A stretch of 64,000 bases of DNA from Tubulanus polymorphus (lineage: Eukaryota; Animalia; Nemertea): assembly GCF_964204645.1 (NCBI RefSeq), contig NC_134028.1:9052001-9116000 (forward strand), given 5' to 3'. This document shows, one piece after another, positions 51,131 through 64,000 of this stretch. The notes beneath the pieces are model-generated. The model did not search any database. It was not told the DNA's origin and saw only the letters and a program-made list of their open reading frames with translations. Made by a program: the position numbers and the translations under genes. Numbering within the stretch: the stretch's first letter is position 1; every line of letters begins with the position of its first letter.

Positions 51131-52174
51131 TTAGTTATTTTTGCATAAGATACATCTAAAGAATTCAGTTCGTATTTCGGTACCTGTTAAATAAATGAAT
51201 AGATTCGTGGAGTGTACAAGAGCTTTGAACATTTCTTGCACATTATACAGCACTCCCCAAACAATATCTGACAGATTCAAACGAGAAACTGTGCTCAACA
51301 GGGAAATAATCACATTCGGACTTGTGCCAACAACGAAAGTCAAGGCGATTAAAGACAGTACCTTAGTGGTTTTATTCACTTTCTCATTTTTGGTTTTCGT
51401 ATCCCCAAACTTATTACGTCGTAATTTAACGATAATTGCGATGTTAAATAACGAAACAAGGGAAGTCGTTAGATAAACATTAAGCATGCGTATTTTGACT
51501 GTAATGGCACCGATGTCATCGGAGTACCAACAAACACCTCGATAAGAAAAATGTGGCCCAGCCGGATAAGCAGTGATGTCATAGTAAACGGGGTATAAGG
51601 GATAGTACAAGCAGAACAGGGCTGGTACGAAAAATGTCAGACAAGTCGCTATGACGGCATTTTTATGGGTGCAGATGCGCTTTGAAATGAATGGGAAGAA
51701 AACCACACTAAAACGTTCTAACGATAAACTAACCATAACCCACATACTAACGAAATATATCACTTGAACGATATAATCTGAAATAACACATCCCAGGTAT
51801 GATGTTGAAAAAGGTGTTCGAATACGACGCCCGGTGAGCAGATACATGAACACATTGAGCCAAGCGAAAACCTCGACTCCTAAATAACAGTTGTCAATAA
51901 TCGCGATGAAACGCAAATATACTGAATACGAATGACGTCTCATAACTTTACCGCACATGATGAAAATGATCGTTAAATTGCCGAAAAATCCGACAACAAT
52001 TATGATGAAATGGCCGACGAGAAAGAGAATCGCTCCGTGCCTGGTCTTCAGTTGTTCACTGCCAGACATGAAGTCGATATATAGACCCGGAAAACCTGGA
52101 AGCGAAGAACGGAGATATATTTTGTTTTCATCTTCTTCACTGCAGGCGGCTGACGAATTACTGTTTTTACACAT
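51131..52174 (-). CDS. Intronless class A (rhodopsin-like) orphan GPCR, peptide-receptor-like
   Basis: Seven hydrophobic helices; GFFGN (TM1), SVYLRFIAIID (TM2), C at the top of TM3, SLERF..V.FP (DRY equivalent), ECL2 Cys, TM6 FVVGTSP, TM7 STNLFIY; first ATG at 52174. Confidence 0.88.
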   Translation of the reverse strand: MCKNSNSSAACSEEDENKIYLRSSLPGFPGLYIDFMSGSEQLKTRHGAILFLVGHFIIIVVGFFGNLTIIFIMCGKVMRRHSYSVYLRFIAIIDNCYLGVEVFAWLNVFMYLLTGRRIRTPFSTSYLGCVISDYIVQVIYFVSMWVMVSLSLERFSVVFFPFISKRICTHKNAVIATCLTFFVPALFCLYYPLYPVYYDITAYPAGPHFSYRGVCWYSDDIGAITVKIRMLNVYLTTSLVSLFNIAIIVKLRRNKFGDTKTKNEKVNKTTKVLSLIALTFVVGTSPNVIISLLSTVSRLNLSDIVWGVLYNVQEMFKALVHSTNLFIYLTGTEIRTEFFRCILCKNN

Positions 52175-53159
52175 TGATGAATTGTGTGCGTAAGCCAATT
52201 TCAAAGTCAAAATTGCAGTAGAAATCCGTCTCAAAATGGATTTCTTATAACAACAGTCGAGGATGATTCATCAGAACAATTTTCTAAAATTGACATCGTT
52301 GCTCTGTATTTCAGGATCTCGTAATAACGGAAAATAGATTTGTCGATAGAATGCGTCGATGTATCATTGCTCCTTCCTCTGTATAACAATATTCCCGAGC
52401 TTGCACAACTCTCAAAGAACTCTTGATTTTAATCGATGGCGGTTTTCTGATGTACTCAGAAAGATGTAATCGGTTTCTATCGGTTCAGCCATCTTCTGTA
52501 TCTAGATTCCTGTCTGGGCAAACGTACCAATCATTCCTATCAACTGTGATTATATAGACTTATTTCACCATTATAATTTTCATTGTAATCAATGCTGGCT
52601 ACATTGTTATACTGACTTTACACTGATTTCAAAATTCAGATTCCGATTATCAGATACATATAGTATGTGGTGATTTGCGGTTTCGTTTCAAAGCTGACGA
52701 TTATACGTTGACGCATTGGTGCCACATCAAGTTCGAAACATAAGGATTTCGTCACCAACTTTGAAAAGGTTACATTTCGTACATGCGATCGCTACGTGGT
52801 ATGTTTTGGTATCTACCCGTTTCAATAGGTATAGTAGGTTGTGGGCCAGTTGTCTGTGTCATCCGACAAATTATGTAACGTTTAATAAAATCATTCATAT
52901 ACTCATAACAGAAAAAAAAACCAGATCGAGTAGTAAGAATTCGGAAGTTATTGAAAATGTTGGTAGATATCTAACTTCAATGTTCAGAAGACGATGAATG
53001 CTTCGAGGTGACGAAACTATAGCTACCCCATCAAAATGATAGTTCTATCTTTTCAATGCAAATGCAATCTTTAATTAAATAATTTGGTTAGAATATGTAT
53101 TTTTGTCATACCAGTGTAGTACACACTTTGATAAAGAAGAATCAAGTAAAGCAACTATA

Positions 53160-55279
53160 CGACAGAACTCCGCAAAGCGAATAAAAATGACGATACTAAG
53201 AAAATGCTACGAGTCGGAAAAATAGCGATTGTGTTTGGTTTCTCGCTTTTTTGATTGGAGTAGTTACGGCTATTCTACTGGTCAACGTCATCTATCATTT
53301 ATGGTTCGCCGAGATCATGCTGTTTGCTGGTTTGACAGCTCAACGCGTAAAGACTAAGAACTGGTTCACTGCTGCGATGGCCTTTGGAATTCTGAATTTC
53401 GTATTTTCGATATTCGTCATCGTTTGGGATTTCGTCTGCCTCGGCGTCGTCCACACGGCCTTTCAGAACAAGATGATGGCTTTAGGTATAAAAGGTCTCT
53501 TTTTTAACACCGTTCACAACCTCTATTTGAATTCCAAATCTTGTGTATCGTTTAAAGGTGATACTTCAAATTTTTTCCCTTCAAACATCGGAGTAAGACA
53601 GGGTGAAAGTCTTTCCCCCCTGTTATTCGCTATTTTCCTTAACGATATTGATAAATTCTTCAACGATAACAATAGTAACTCACTCACCTTTATTAGCAAC
53701 CTATACAAAAAAAGTTTTGAAGAAGAAATTGAGGTATTACTGAAATTATTTGTATTATTATATGCAGACGACACATTTTTATTTGCAGAATCAGAATCTG
53801 AATTACAAAACAATTTAAATATACTATTTGATTATTGCCAAGTAAACAAGTTATTTGTTAACATTGATAAAACGAAAATAATGATTTTCGCAAGATCGAA
53901 GCAAAGATTAAAAAACCTTCCCGATTTTCTATTTGGTGATTAGACATTGGAAAGAGTAGATGAGTACAATTATCTTGGAATTTTGTTTTATTGGGATGGA
54001 AAATTTACAAAAGCGAAAAAAGCATTTCACGACAAAGCTGTTCGAGCAATGTTTGCTATTATTCAAAAAGGCAGAAGATGTAATCTTCCTCCAGACTTAC
54101 TTGATTGTTGTGTGGCACCAATTCTATTGTACGGGTGTGAAATATGGGGCCATGAAAATATCGATATACTAGAAAAAGTCCACACAAGGTTTTGTAAATT
54201 AGTTCTAAAAGTACCAAAATTCTGCCATAATACTATGATATATGGCGAGACTGGCAGATTACTTTTATCGACTACTATTAAACTTAGAATGATTAAATAT
54301 TGGAACAAAACTTTGAATGCTAACAAGTCAAAGCTGAATCTAGTAATGTATAATATTTTGTACGACTTATACAGAAAAGATTTATATGTATCTGATTGCA
54401 TTTGCCAAATTAAGGAAATTATACAAAACTGTGGGCTGAACTATGTGTGGCAAGACCAGGTAATCGATCTACGGTCGATAAATATCATAAAACAATCTCT
54501 AAAAGATAGATACATTCAGACATGGAGGGAAAAATTGCAAAATAGTGACATATGCGTAAATTATAGAATCTTTAAACTTAAATATGATTATGAAAACTAT
54601 TTATCCGTTGTACCGAACCACCTCATGTATAGTCTCGCTGAATTTCGGATCGGTAGCCGTAAATTAGATGCAAACAAACTTAGCAATGTAAATATTGATA
54701 GAAACGAACGTATTTGTACATATTGTAGTCTTAACAAAATCGGTGATGAATTCCATTTTCTTTTTTAGTGTTCCAAACTATACAATATACGAAGAGTTTT
54801 CTTAACACCTTTTTATGTAAATAGACCCAACACTTTTAAAATGTCACAATTACTTAATGCTGTAAATAACAATATATTAATTAAACTCGCTAGATTTGTA
54901 AATGCTGGTCTCAAGGTACTTAAGTAAAATTCATGTATACATATCTGTTATCTCTATTATTATTCTATTCTATGTGTATCTCTGTTTTCTTGTTTTTAAG
55001 TTTTGTAAATTATAAATTTTATTGTACAAATTCTTGTAACCTCTATGTACCAATGTTTGGTTAGAGCGAAATAAATAAACCTAAAACCTAAAACCTAAAA
55101 ACCTAAGAACGACACCGCCACGGCGACGAACAGTCCATTTGGTGTGGCCGTCAATGCAGTTTAGGATGACGCAATATTCAATGCACTATATTCGTTAGAG
55201 GTCATCATTTGCGCGGTGATTTTCATCACAAGCTTCTTCCACATTATCAACGCAGCCGATTTGAGCAAAGAATTAGAAA
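53160..55279 (+). pseudogene. Second MS4A-like tetraspan copy, disrupted by a LINE insertion
   Basis: 53190-53469 and 55106-55279 align with 40750-41239. Indels at the 5' end, LINE at 53470-55105, and a CAG->TAG stop at ~55161. Confidence 0.88.
53470..55105 (+). mobile_element. 5'-truncated non-LTR retrotransposon (RT domain and C-terminus; RTE-X/CR1-L2-like)
   Basis: GVRQGESLSPLLF, LLYADD, NIDKTKIM, YNYLG, LYGCEIWG, ERICTYC..IGDEFHFLF; in-frame TAG stops at 53941 and 54766; 3' UTR with AATAAA and a (TAAAACC)n tail; TSD AGAAC (53465-53469, 55106-55110). Confidence 0.92.
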
Positions 55280-55496
55280 AATCTGATACGGAAAATTAAA
55301 AAAGAAAACGGAAAGTCTTTTAAACGACTTAAGAACATTTATAATAGCATGAACTCTATGGAAAAAACCATATCAATACTTAGTATTTATATATATTCTA
55401 ACTATAGAACTTTTAATTCAAAGAAAACTACTGAAAGAAATTCAACCAATATATTCTTCTTCTTGCTGATATAATTTTTGTTTGTCTTTTTCGATT

Positions 55497-56378
55497 TTAT
55501 TCTCTAACTACCAAGTAACTTTCGACTATTTGTTTATCAAAAGGAAACCCGTATGTTTCATATGTGTGTCGACGGATGACATTCTGTATTTGAGTGCGTT
55601 CTTCCTCGGCTAATTCACTGACATCTCTTTGGGCGTAATACGATAAAACGCCATCAGCCAGTCTCCGCATTTCTCTATCCTGTTCACAGATACAGGGTCG
55701 AGCTGGTCTCAAAGCGTTGTGTAATGCAATTCCATATTCATCGGTAGAATGCAAAATTATTCGCAATTTTGCATCGATCAGAATCTTTCTCATATCAAAC
55801 GGGTTCCATCCCATGCGCGGGGCTTTCATCTGGCAGTCTCCTCTCCTTGGCACAGTACGGTTAATTTCGCCGCAGATCTTCCCGACTGTATTTAGCACGT
55901 TTAGACATACAAACCCGTGGCCTCCATTTCGAGTAAGTCGACAGACGGCCTCGTGTATCACACGACCAGGATCGTCGAAATAATACATCACGTGGTTGAA
56001 CACGATTAAATCGTAGAAGTTACTCGGTAGGAAGGAAGCCGCGGTCGAATCCTCGACTGAGAAATTTCGATGATAAACGGTGAAATCAAAACGATAGTTT
56101 GCAGCTAATAAACCAATACGTTCTTTCAATTCAGCAATCATAACACTGTTGTATTCCACACAATCCACGCGCTCAAACTTAATTTCTTCGCCTACTGTGT
56201 ATATTGCATCTTCTAACGCATGACCTCGCGCCGGCCCGATCGATAGGACCCGCAGTCCATTTCCTTCCTGGTGGAAACAAGTCCGTAACGCATCCGAAAG
56301 ACGTTTCCGCATCATTGCTTGTCCACCAAAATAAAACATGTATGCGCCCAACGCGGAGGCGTACGCTGCATCGTCCAT
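55497..56378 (-). CDS. HNMT-like SAM methyltransferase (copy 3), intronless
   Basis: Intact 293-aa ORF from ATG 56378, same motifs as copies 1 and 2, convergent with the tetraspan pseudogene. Confidence 0.85.
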   Translation of the reverse strand: MDDAAYASALGAYMFYFGGQAMMRKRLSDALRTCFHQEGNGLRVLSIGPARGHALEDAIYTVGEEIKFERVDCVEYNSVMIAELKERIGLLAANYRFDFTVYHRNFSVEDSTAASFLPSNFYDLIVFNHVMYYFDDPGRVIHEAVCRLTRNGGHGFVCLNVLNTVGKICGEINRTVPRRGDCQMKAPRMGWNPFDMRKILIDAKLRIILHSTDEYGIALHNALRPARPCICEQDREMRRLADGVLSYYAQRDVSELAEEERTQIQNVIRRHTYETYGFPFDKQIVESYLVVRE

Positions 56379-56832
56379 CTTCAATAGCGAACCTCAACAA
56401 AATATATAGAATCCGTTCCAACCAGTGTTAAAGAATTGTTCACTTATCGATTTGGAACGCTTGCCACAATTTCACAATTTTTCACGATTTCAAATATATT
56501 CAGCCCATGCAAGGAAACACAATCTTAAATTAGATAACGAAGATTTCGGTTAATGCAAATTCACAAACTATGATGCTTTAACAGGTGAAATATGATTTGT
56601 TTACCGGATGACACGGCATATACATAATTTGAACTTACGGTTCCTAGTATTTGATCCGTTAAATATTCAATCTTTGACTTTTGCAGTTTATCGATGCCAT
56701 ACAAAGATTATTTAGTTTCCATTGACGTTTTCGTGAATACTTTAATTTCACAACTTGAATTATGAAAATGTATATAGATACCGGGTGTATTATCTGATCT
56801 ATACATCATTTGCTGTGGCAGCCTGTATTAGG

Positions 56833-56835
<3 letters not shown>

Positions 56836-56919
<84 letters not shown>
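56836..56919. repeat. (TA)n microsatellite
   Basis: About 42 TA units; the paralogous site near 43349 has only a short atatatat. Confidence 0.98.
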
Positions 56920-56923
<4 letters not shown>

Positions 56924-57005
56924 CGATTTTGATACATATATGCATAAATCAAAAGGACCAGATGTAAATGTTAAGTATAATACGTATGTATAATTTATTT
57001 GAATT

Positions 57006-57406
57006 ATTAGTGGTGAATATTTTGCCCAGGTACGTACTGAGAAAAAAAGATAAATTCAAATTTCTAATGCAGATGCGGATCGAGAAGGTGACTTAAGGGG
57101 GAGCACGAATCCAGTCGGACATATTGGGCGGCCATCCCCGCCAAAAAGACAAACTTCCTGTGTTCGTGAAAATGACATCAATGCGTGAAAATATCTGTAG
57201 GTGGCGATACTAGGGCATAGTTGTAAACCGGAAATTAATTACTTTTAATAGATAAAATAAAATTAATTGAAATTGAGTTATTAGTGGTGACTATCTTGGC
57301 CAGGTTCGTACTACTAAGAAAAAAAGATACATTGAAACATTCAATTTTCTAATGCAGATGTGGATGCAGAAGGTGACTTAAGGGGGGAGCACGAATCCAG
57401 TCGGAC
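57006..57406. repeat. Direct repeat pair (~115-130 bp)
   Basis: tattagtggtga...tttctaatgcagatg...gaaggtgacttaaggggg.agcacgaatccagtcggaca at ~57006-57121 and ~57279-57407. Confidence 0.8.
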
Positions 57407-57951
57407 AGACTATCTCACGACGCAGATGGGGTATGCAAAATTATAAAAAACGAAGCCCACTAGATGCATTTCAGAGGCAATTTGAAGGCATGATCCTTAA
57501 TACAGGGCCGTCCACGTTCAGGCAAAAACTAAAGAGATCAATAGGAGAGTTATTATAGTACTGTTTCCTTATACACATTGTTTCCTTAATTTAATTGAAT
57601 TATTTCATTAGTCAATAAGAATGCTATTACCCATAGAGGTTATCGATATTGTACTCAGTGAATGAATCATCAACCATTAAAACAAAAAAAAAAATAACCT
57701 AAAAAACCTATTGAAGGGGCGCTCAACTGTCATTGTCAGAACGAGACGTTACCGAGTGTTTGGTGGTTTTTAATCTGCTATGAAATATATGTGCACCGTT
57801 TATATTTTGTGAAGGCTTAACAATGAATTAAGTTAAGATAAGAAAACGATTTATTTCATCAATATCACTATATACCAATTACATTATATACTTTGCCAAA
57901 TTAGTTCAATAATCTAAGAATTTTTCTTCATCCATCTTTTTCACGGAGTAA

Positions 57952-58389
57952 GGCCACACAAAAAGTGCTTGTTTCTCATCAGTTTCATTTTCCGCGCACA
58001 TTGAGGTCAAGTCAGTAAAAAAAGAAAGAAATGAAGATGCGCATCCGACAAGTAGAAATTTGTTTTCGTTTCTTTTTTAAATAATAGTTTAATTATAATT
58101 TTTAATAATACTCCCGCACGCATCCCGAATACGCGTAACAACCTGATCACACTTTTTACGTTTTTGTCATACAGTCGTTTCTCTGGCAGGTAAGTAATTC
58201 GGTAACGAAGTGCTTTTCGTCCGGGGAGAAAAAAATAATAAATAGTAGCCTTCGTCACTTATGGAATTTGGAATAAGGCTTTTCATTTCCCTCTCTTTTT
58301 TAAAATAGGAGATAGAAATAAAAACCTGCCTCCCTCGTTAGCTTTCCAAAAAGGGCTGATGAGAAGCAATGGTATTTTTTGCGTGGCCG
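57952..58389. mobile_element. Non-autonomous DNA transposon with GGCC termini (Zator-like, tentative)
   Basis: TIRs GGCCACACAAAAA..TTTCTCATCAG / CTGATGAGAAG..TTTTTGCGTGGCC; TSD ambiguous. Confidence 0.6.
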
Positions 58390-58988
58390 AGTACATATCT
58401 CTCATGTGTTGTAGACGTTTTCACATATTTCATCATATCTGAAAAAAATTACGTAAATGCATATGTACACTAGTTCTATATCAACGTATGAATAAGGATA
58501 GCTTAAAAATAGAAATAAGTGTCTTACCGAGTGCGAATCTCTTACGACAAATCATCATATTCATTTTCCCCAATATTGTCTTCCCTAATCGCCTTGTTAC
58601 CCCTAACCTTCGGGATCATCAAACGGAAATAAAATTCAATTAAATAAATGCGATCGCCTTAATTTAATAATGTGGTAACAACGCAATATCTCGGAAACTT
58701 TATTCGTTATACATGTACATTGGAAAATCTACGTAAAAAACCGAATTTGTAGATTTCGAGTTAAAGTTCAAGTTAGTTTATTCATCATGATCAAGTGCAC
58801 ATGATCGTCAATGAAAAACGAATCAACAGAAAAAGAAAACAATATATACGTATATACAATACCAGAATTACAAAAATATTTACAGGAAAAAGTGCATGGG
58901 AATGAATGATGAATACTTATATGAATTCGTTTCAATTTAATTATTACATTGATGGAACTATTGTATTCATAGATATCTTTTCTGTTCT

Positions 58989-59347
58989 CTAACGTGAATA
59001 TTCAAATGATGTATATGTATTGCAATCTATTGCATTGCATTCAACGATTTTCTTCAGTACGAAGGAATTGCCTGAATACTCAAAATGCTTAGTTACCTCC
59101 GCCAAATAATCGGCCCCTCCATGGTTTTCAATTGCTGTATAAGCTTTTTCCAATTCCTCATAATTGGATTCACTCTCATTGATAATACGACGCTTATCTA
59201 ATTCCGCCAAGAAATCAAACATAGTTTTGCATTTTTCCATATCAGCAGGAGGTATAAACGATGGATTTTTTCGATCTTTCCGAAAATAACTCTTCAACTT
59301 TCGAAACTCGTCTTTTGTGGTATTATCTTTCAACCACATGCGGATCC
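58989..59347 (-). CDS. Death-effector-domain-like exon of a possibly decayed multi-exon gene
   Basis: Acceptor cttgcag at ~59348. TKDEFRKLKSYF..IPPADMEKCKTMFDFLAELDKRRII....NYEELEKAY resembles the DED helix pattern. The reading frame of adjoining exons could not be resolved. Confidence 0.5.
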
Positions 59348-60110
59348 TGCAAGTAATCGAACTGATACACTAAAAGCTGGTCGCACATGAGAAAAAAGGA
59401 GCTTCATATATGGGTAAATCATCCAAATCTAAGCTCCGGCAAAAAAAAATCAAAATCAACGGAAAAAGCGATTGACATCATTGTGATTACAATCAGCATT
59501 CTAATGTTGAGAATTTGTGTAACACTCAGATGGATTCAGTATTAATTTTAATCCTGGGAAAAGTAAATTAATGTTATTCAAGTCCCCACAATGTACACTG
59601 AAAATTGGAATGTCCGATGACTTTTTTATGCCAGAATCTAGGTTACTACGATATAGCAAAGCATTTAGGTTACTTCATAGAAGTTAATGCAAACTTTGTA
59701 GATATGAGTGCCGAAGTCGATGAGTTCATTAGACGTCCCAATATTTTCAACGTCTTACGGAAGGCAGTGGCATCGGCAAAATTTCGAGAGAAAGATTCAA
59801 AATAGTCATGTAGATGCCGTGCTAGAAGAACTTGATTAAAGTATTGAAACCGCTCTTTTAGAAGATATCGCAATGTATGTGAATCATTCAATAAACTACA
59901 TAATAATAATATTCAATAATTAATGCGGTTCACATGAAACAGATAATTACCAAATGATTAACATATATAGACGCACATATACATATACATATAGAATTCA
60001 TATTACAACGACATATACAAAGAAACTATGATATATGAACTTGTCATATATATATAAACTTGTCACATCGCACTAACTCCAGTATTTGTGATAATAGACA
60101 GTCCGCGTGC

Positions 60111-61043
<933 letters not shown>

Positions 61044-63751
61044 TTTTCTCTTAATTGTAAAACATTTAAATTTCCCAGTTCGTTATGTAGGAGCGCTCAT
61101 GACGCCCACTGGTCTAGTGAAGCAGGAAAACACTGTTCGGCGATTCGTGTTCTGAAGAAATGTTCGTTGATGTGCGATGAATCATTGTAGACAGAGACAT
61201 AATTTCAAATCATCATCGTTCAAACAGTTGAGTCAGGATGAACTTTTTTCCAGACTTGTTCTCGTTTTTGTTCACGTCCAGTACAATAAATTGGTGGTTG
61301 AAATTTGGAAAGATTGAAATAGAATTGACTTAACAGACTTAAAAGATTTTAACCATACAATAATCATAAAATTCTATGCTGTTTCACACCTTGTGCGTAA
61401 GTCGTGTGCTCCACTTTTTATGGCATAAATATTTTGACAGACACATTTCTTAGTCCTTTTTTCATACATTTTCACAAATTCCCACTTAATTACACAGTCG
61501 TTTAAGCAGGCATCCATTTTTCACATTTAATTCAGTCTGACCCGTCTCAGGCGCAATATTCGGACGCAAACATTGTATACGTAGCTAATGAATGTGCGAA
61601 TCTTCTACAAACATTTTGATATAATCATATTCTATTCTATTTAATATGATCGTGAAGTAAGAATTGTTCGTTAACCTGGCCACCACCAGTCTAAATTACA
61701 CGATCAATGATAGTTCTAGATTATCATGGTGGCTGCTTCGGGCAATAAGTGAAAAAAATGCATGAATATTACCTCTGTTCAGTAAATTGCAAAGAGTCCA
61801 TATCTGCAGTTTCCGAAGTAGTGTCAATTTTCTGAAAATATAGACAAGATTATCTGAGATATGAAAGAACTCAACCGATAAACCATGATCTGCAGTATAG
61901 TTCAAAATTCTGCCTTATACTCAAATCTAGAGTTAGATAGTTTATTGCGGTACCGGGTAGAATTTACCACTCTAGTTTCTTGTATCTAATTAATACATAT
62001 TCTATCGCAATCATTAGCAAATGGACTTACCGGAGCTTGTAAGTTGCATTGGGCCTCCATCGTTTTCATTAGCTTGTTTGCAATATCATCCTATTTGCAT
62101 TACTTTACGTAGGCACAAAATAACCATAAAAATGAACTTACCCGGATGCGTCACACGTGGAAACTATTTCCACCAACGTATAACAAACATATAGATAAGG
62201 GCGACGAATAGAATGGAATGTCGCAACTTTTCAAAACGGTAATTCCCCGGATAGATGTATTACTCAAAGTAATGACTACAAAAGAATATGAATAATTTAA
62301 TGTTCCGATAGTAGGTTATTAGAATGATAAAAGTTAAAATTTTCCAGACTCTGCGAAATTTGACCGGGTAGGCCTGTGTAGGGAGGAGAGAGAGAGAGTA
62401 AAAGCATTTAACCCATTTCAGTCCAGGAAAAAGAGGGTCATAGCTTGTTAGTGTTTTCGGATAGTTTAGGCTGGAAAAAGACGATGGGAAGAGCCTTTTT
62501 GAGCCCCAATTGCTGTGGAACCCCCCTAACCAGGACTCTCAAGGCCCGACGGGCAGAAGAATCCGAATGAAAAGGGATGTTATCATGACCAACATATGTC
62601 TAACCTATCTGATTTATGTACAACAAAAATGATAGCTAAGCAATTAACTTCCTCTTTGAGATTAGAAAAACCAAGTAACATTGTGACGAAAGTAATAAAA
62701 GTATAAAAATTGTAGAGATTGAGTGTCATACTTTTTAAATGTAGCCTGAATCAGCCACTATAGTCTTTTTTAAGGACTCTTTTTTAAGAGCTGGGCCTTA
62801 TAAACAACAAGTTTTGAAACGGCGAATGAAACCCACAATTGAAGGAAAAAACTGTAACGATTTTGAGGTTTTGACTGAAACCTATGAACCGTTTTTAAAA
62901 AAACCTTTTAAAGGAATTCAACTGAAGTAGACAGTGCAGACTTGTTGATGAAAAACCAAGTTTCATTATGCTTAAGACACAACTGGTAAGGTTAATGATG
63001 CGACAAAACGCTGCATGTCCAAAATATTTCAAAAATTACTTTTCATTGATTCTGCGTAAACTTAACCTGCTCATTTCAATTGCACACGTCACCTCAAACT
63101 AATATCTCCAATAGCCATAAATTGGCAAAACGCAGTATCTTCCCTAACCAGTCGGTATCTAAGAAGAGAAAATGAAGTACGTATCCATATATTGAAAAAA
63201 TGAAGTATGTTGGTGACTTACTGCGTTCTGTCAATTTTTTTTTCTGACAACATTTGCAGAATTAATGTGTCGTTTTTTATAACTATTACAGCCATTTGAT
63301 AAAAGGGCAAACCTTCACGTGCGTAGATACTTCTCATTCGTAAGTGGAAACTGAGATGAGATCCCAAAATACATTTAAACTTTATCAAAATTGCGGGACG
63401 AGTATAATCATGTTACCGGTCGATTTCATTTCGTATTGGAATTAAACATCTGGTAAGGTTAATGGGAGTAACATTGTGTTAATGGTAGTAACGTAATGTT
63501 TTGTGTTCAATGAGATTTTCTTTTAAAATTTTCGATCCATTGATTAACGTCTGACTAGACTAACCGGCACCTCTCTTTCACTTGACTCACTCTCGGTCAT
63601 CTCGTAGGCACAGTATCGCTTATGAAAAATGATGTAATTTAATCAAGTTTAGTTAATTTCTCGTAATGGAGATACTTTTTCGATGATTAAACTGTTGTAC
63701 TCTGGACATGCATGGAGGATACAGAGGTCCGTCGCTGTCAGGACACAAGTT

Positions 63752-63922
63752 TGACGTCGGATGACATTCTGTGTTTGAGAGCATTCTTCCTCGGCTAATT
63801 CACTGACATCTCTTTGAGCGTAAAACGATAAAACGCCGTCAGCGAGTCTCCGCATTTCTCTATCCTGTTCACTGATACAGGGTCGAGCTGGTAGCAAAGC
63901 GTTGTGTAATGCAACTCCATAT
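63752..63922 (-). pseudogene. Internal/3' fragment of a methyltransferase paralog
   Basis: YGVALHNALLPARPCISEQDREMRRLADGVLSFYAQRDVSELAEEECSQTQNVIRR aligns with the C-terminal part of copies 1-3; homology ends abruptly on both sides. Confidence 0.88.
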
Positions 63923-64000
63923 TTCTCGGCGTGGCATATGTATGTGTTGAAGGTTTTAATTCTTACCTCAAATTTGATACACGTACGTAAAAATGACCCG

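Noticed and set aside
53941-53943. Programmed readthrough or recoding at in-frame TAG stops in the RT
   Set aside because: The element is 5'-truncated and has a second TAG plus a neighbouring pseudogene stop; simple decay explains it.
55076-55105. Telomere-like (TAAAACC)n
   Set aside because: It follows AATAAA at the LINE 3' end and precedes the TSD, so it is an ordinary short-repeat tail.
58355-58375. CTGATGAG hammerhead core
   Set aside because: Part of a transposon TIR; no stem II or GAAA follows.

Overview
AT-rich, intron-containing animal genomic DNA, most likely from an invertebrate; a spiralian/lophotrochozoan source is inferred from gene and repeat types, not shown. The left half holds conserved spliced genes: the 5' end of POLD2 (minus), a ~21-exon SAP-domain/multi-zinc-finger RG/Q-rich putative RNA-binding gene (plus), FBXL16, an intronless LicD-family gene and a claudin-superfamily gene. 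From ~40.6 kb onward there is a birth-and-death array built from a convergent two-gene cassette (intronless MS4A-like tetraspan protein -> <- intronless HNMT-like SAM methyltransferase). It comprises three intact methyltransferases, two methyltransferase fragments, one intact and one LINE-disrupted tetraspan copy, an embedded orphan GPCR and decayed death-effector-domain exons. Many non-autonomous transposons are present. The most striking unexplained signals are: (i) a ~500-nt densely base-paired intronic RNA element that sequesters the 5' splice site of a 25-nt frame-determining micro-exon of the zinc-finger gene (candidate autoregulatory splicing/NMD switch); (ii) the co-duplicating tetraspan + methyltransferase cassette with clustered amino-acid divergence; (iii) Penelope-type minimal hammerhead ribozymes in a small retro-element family. 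All calls were made by eye; no searches or folding programs were run.
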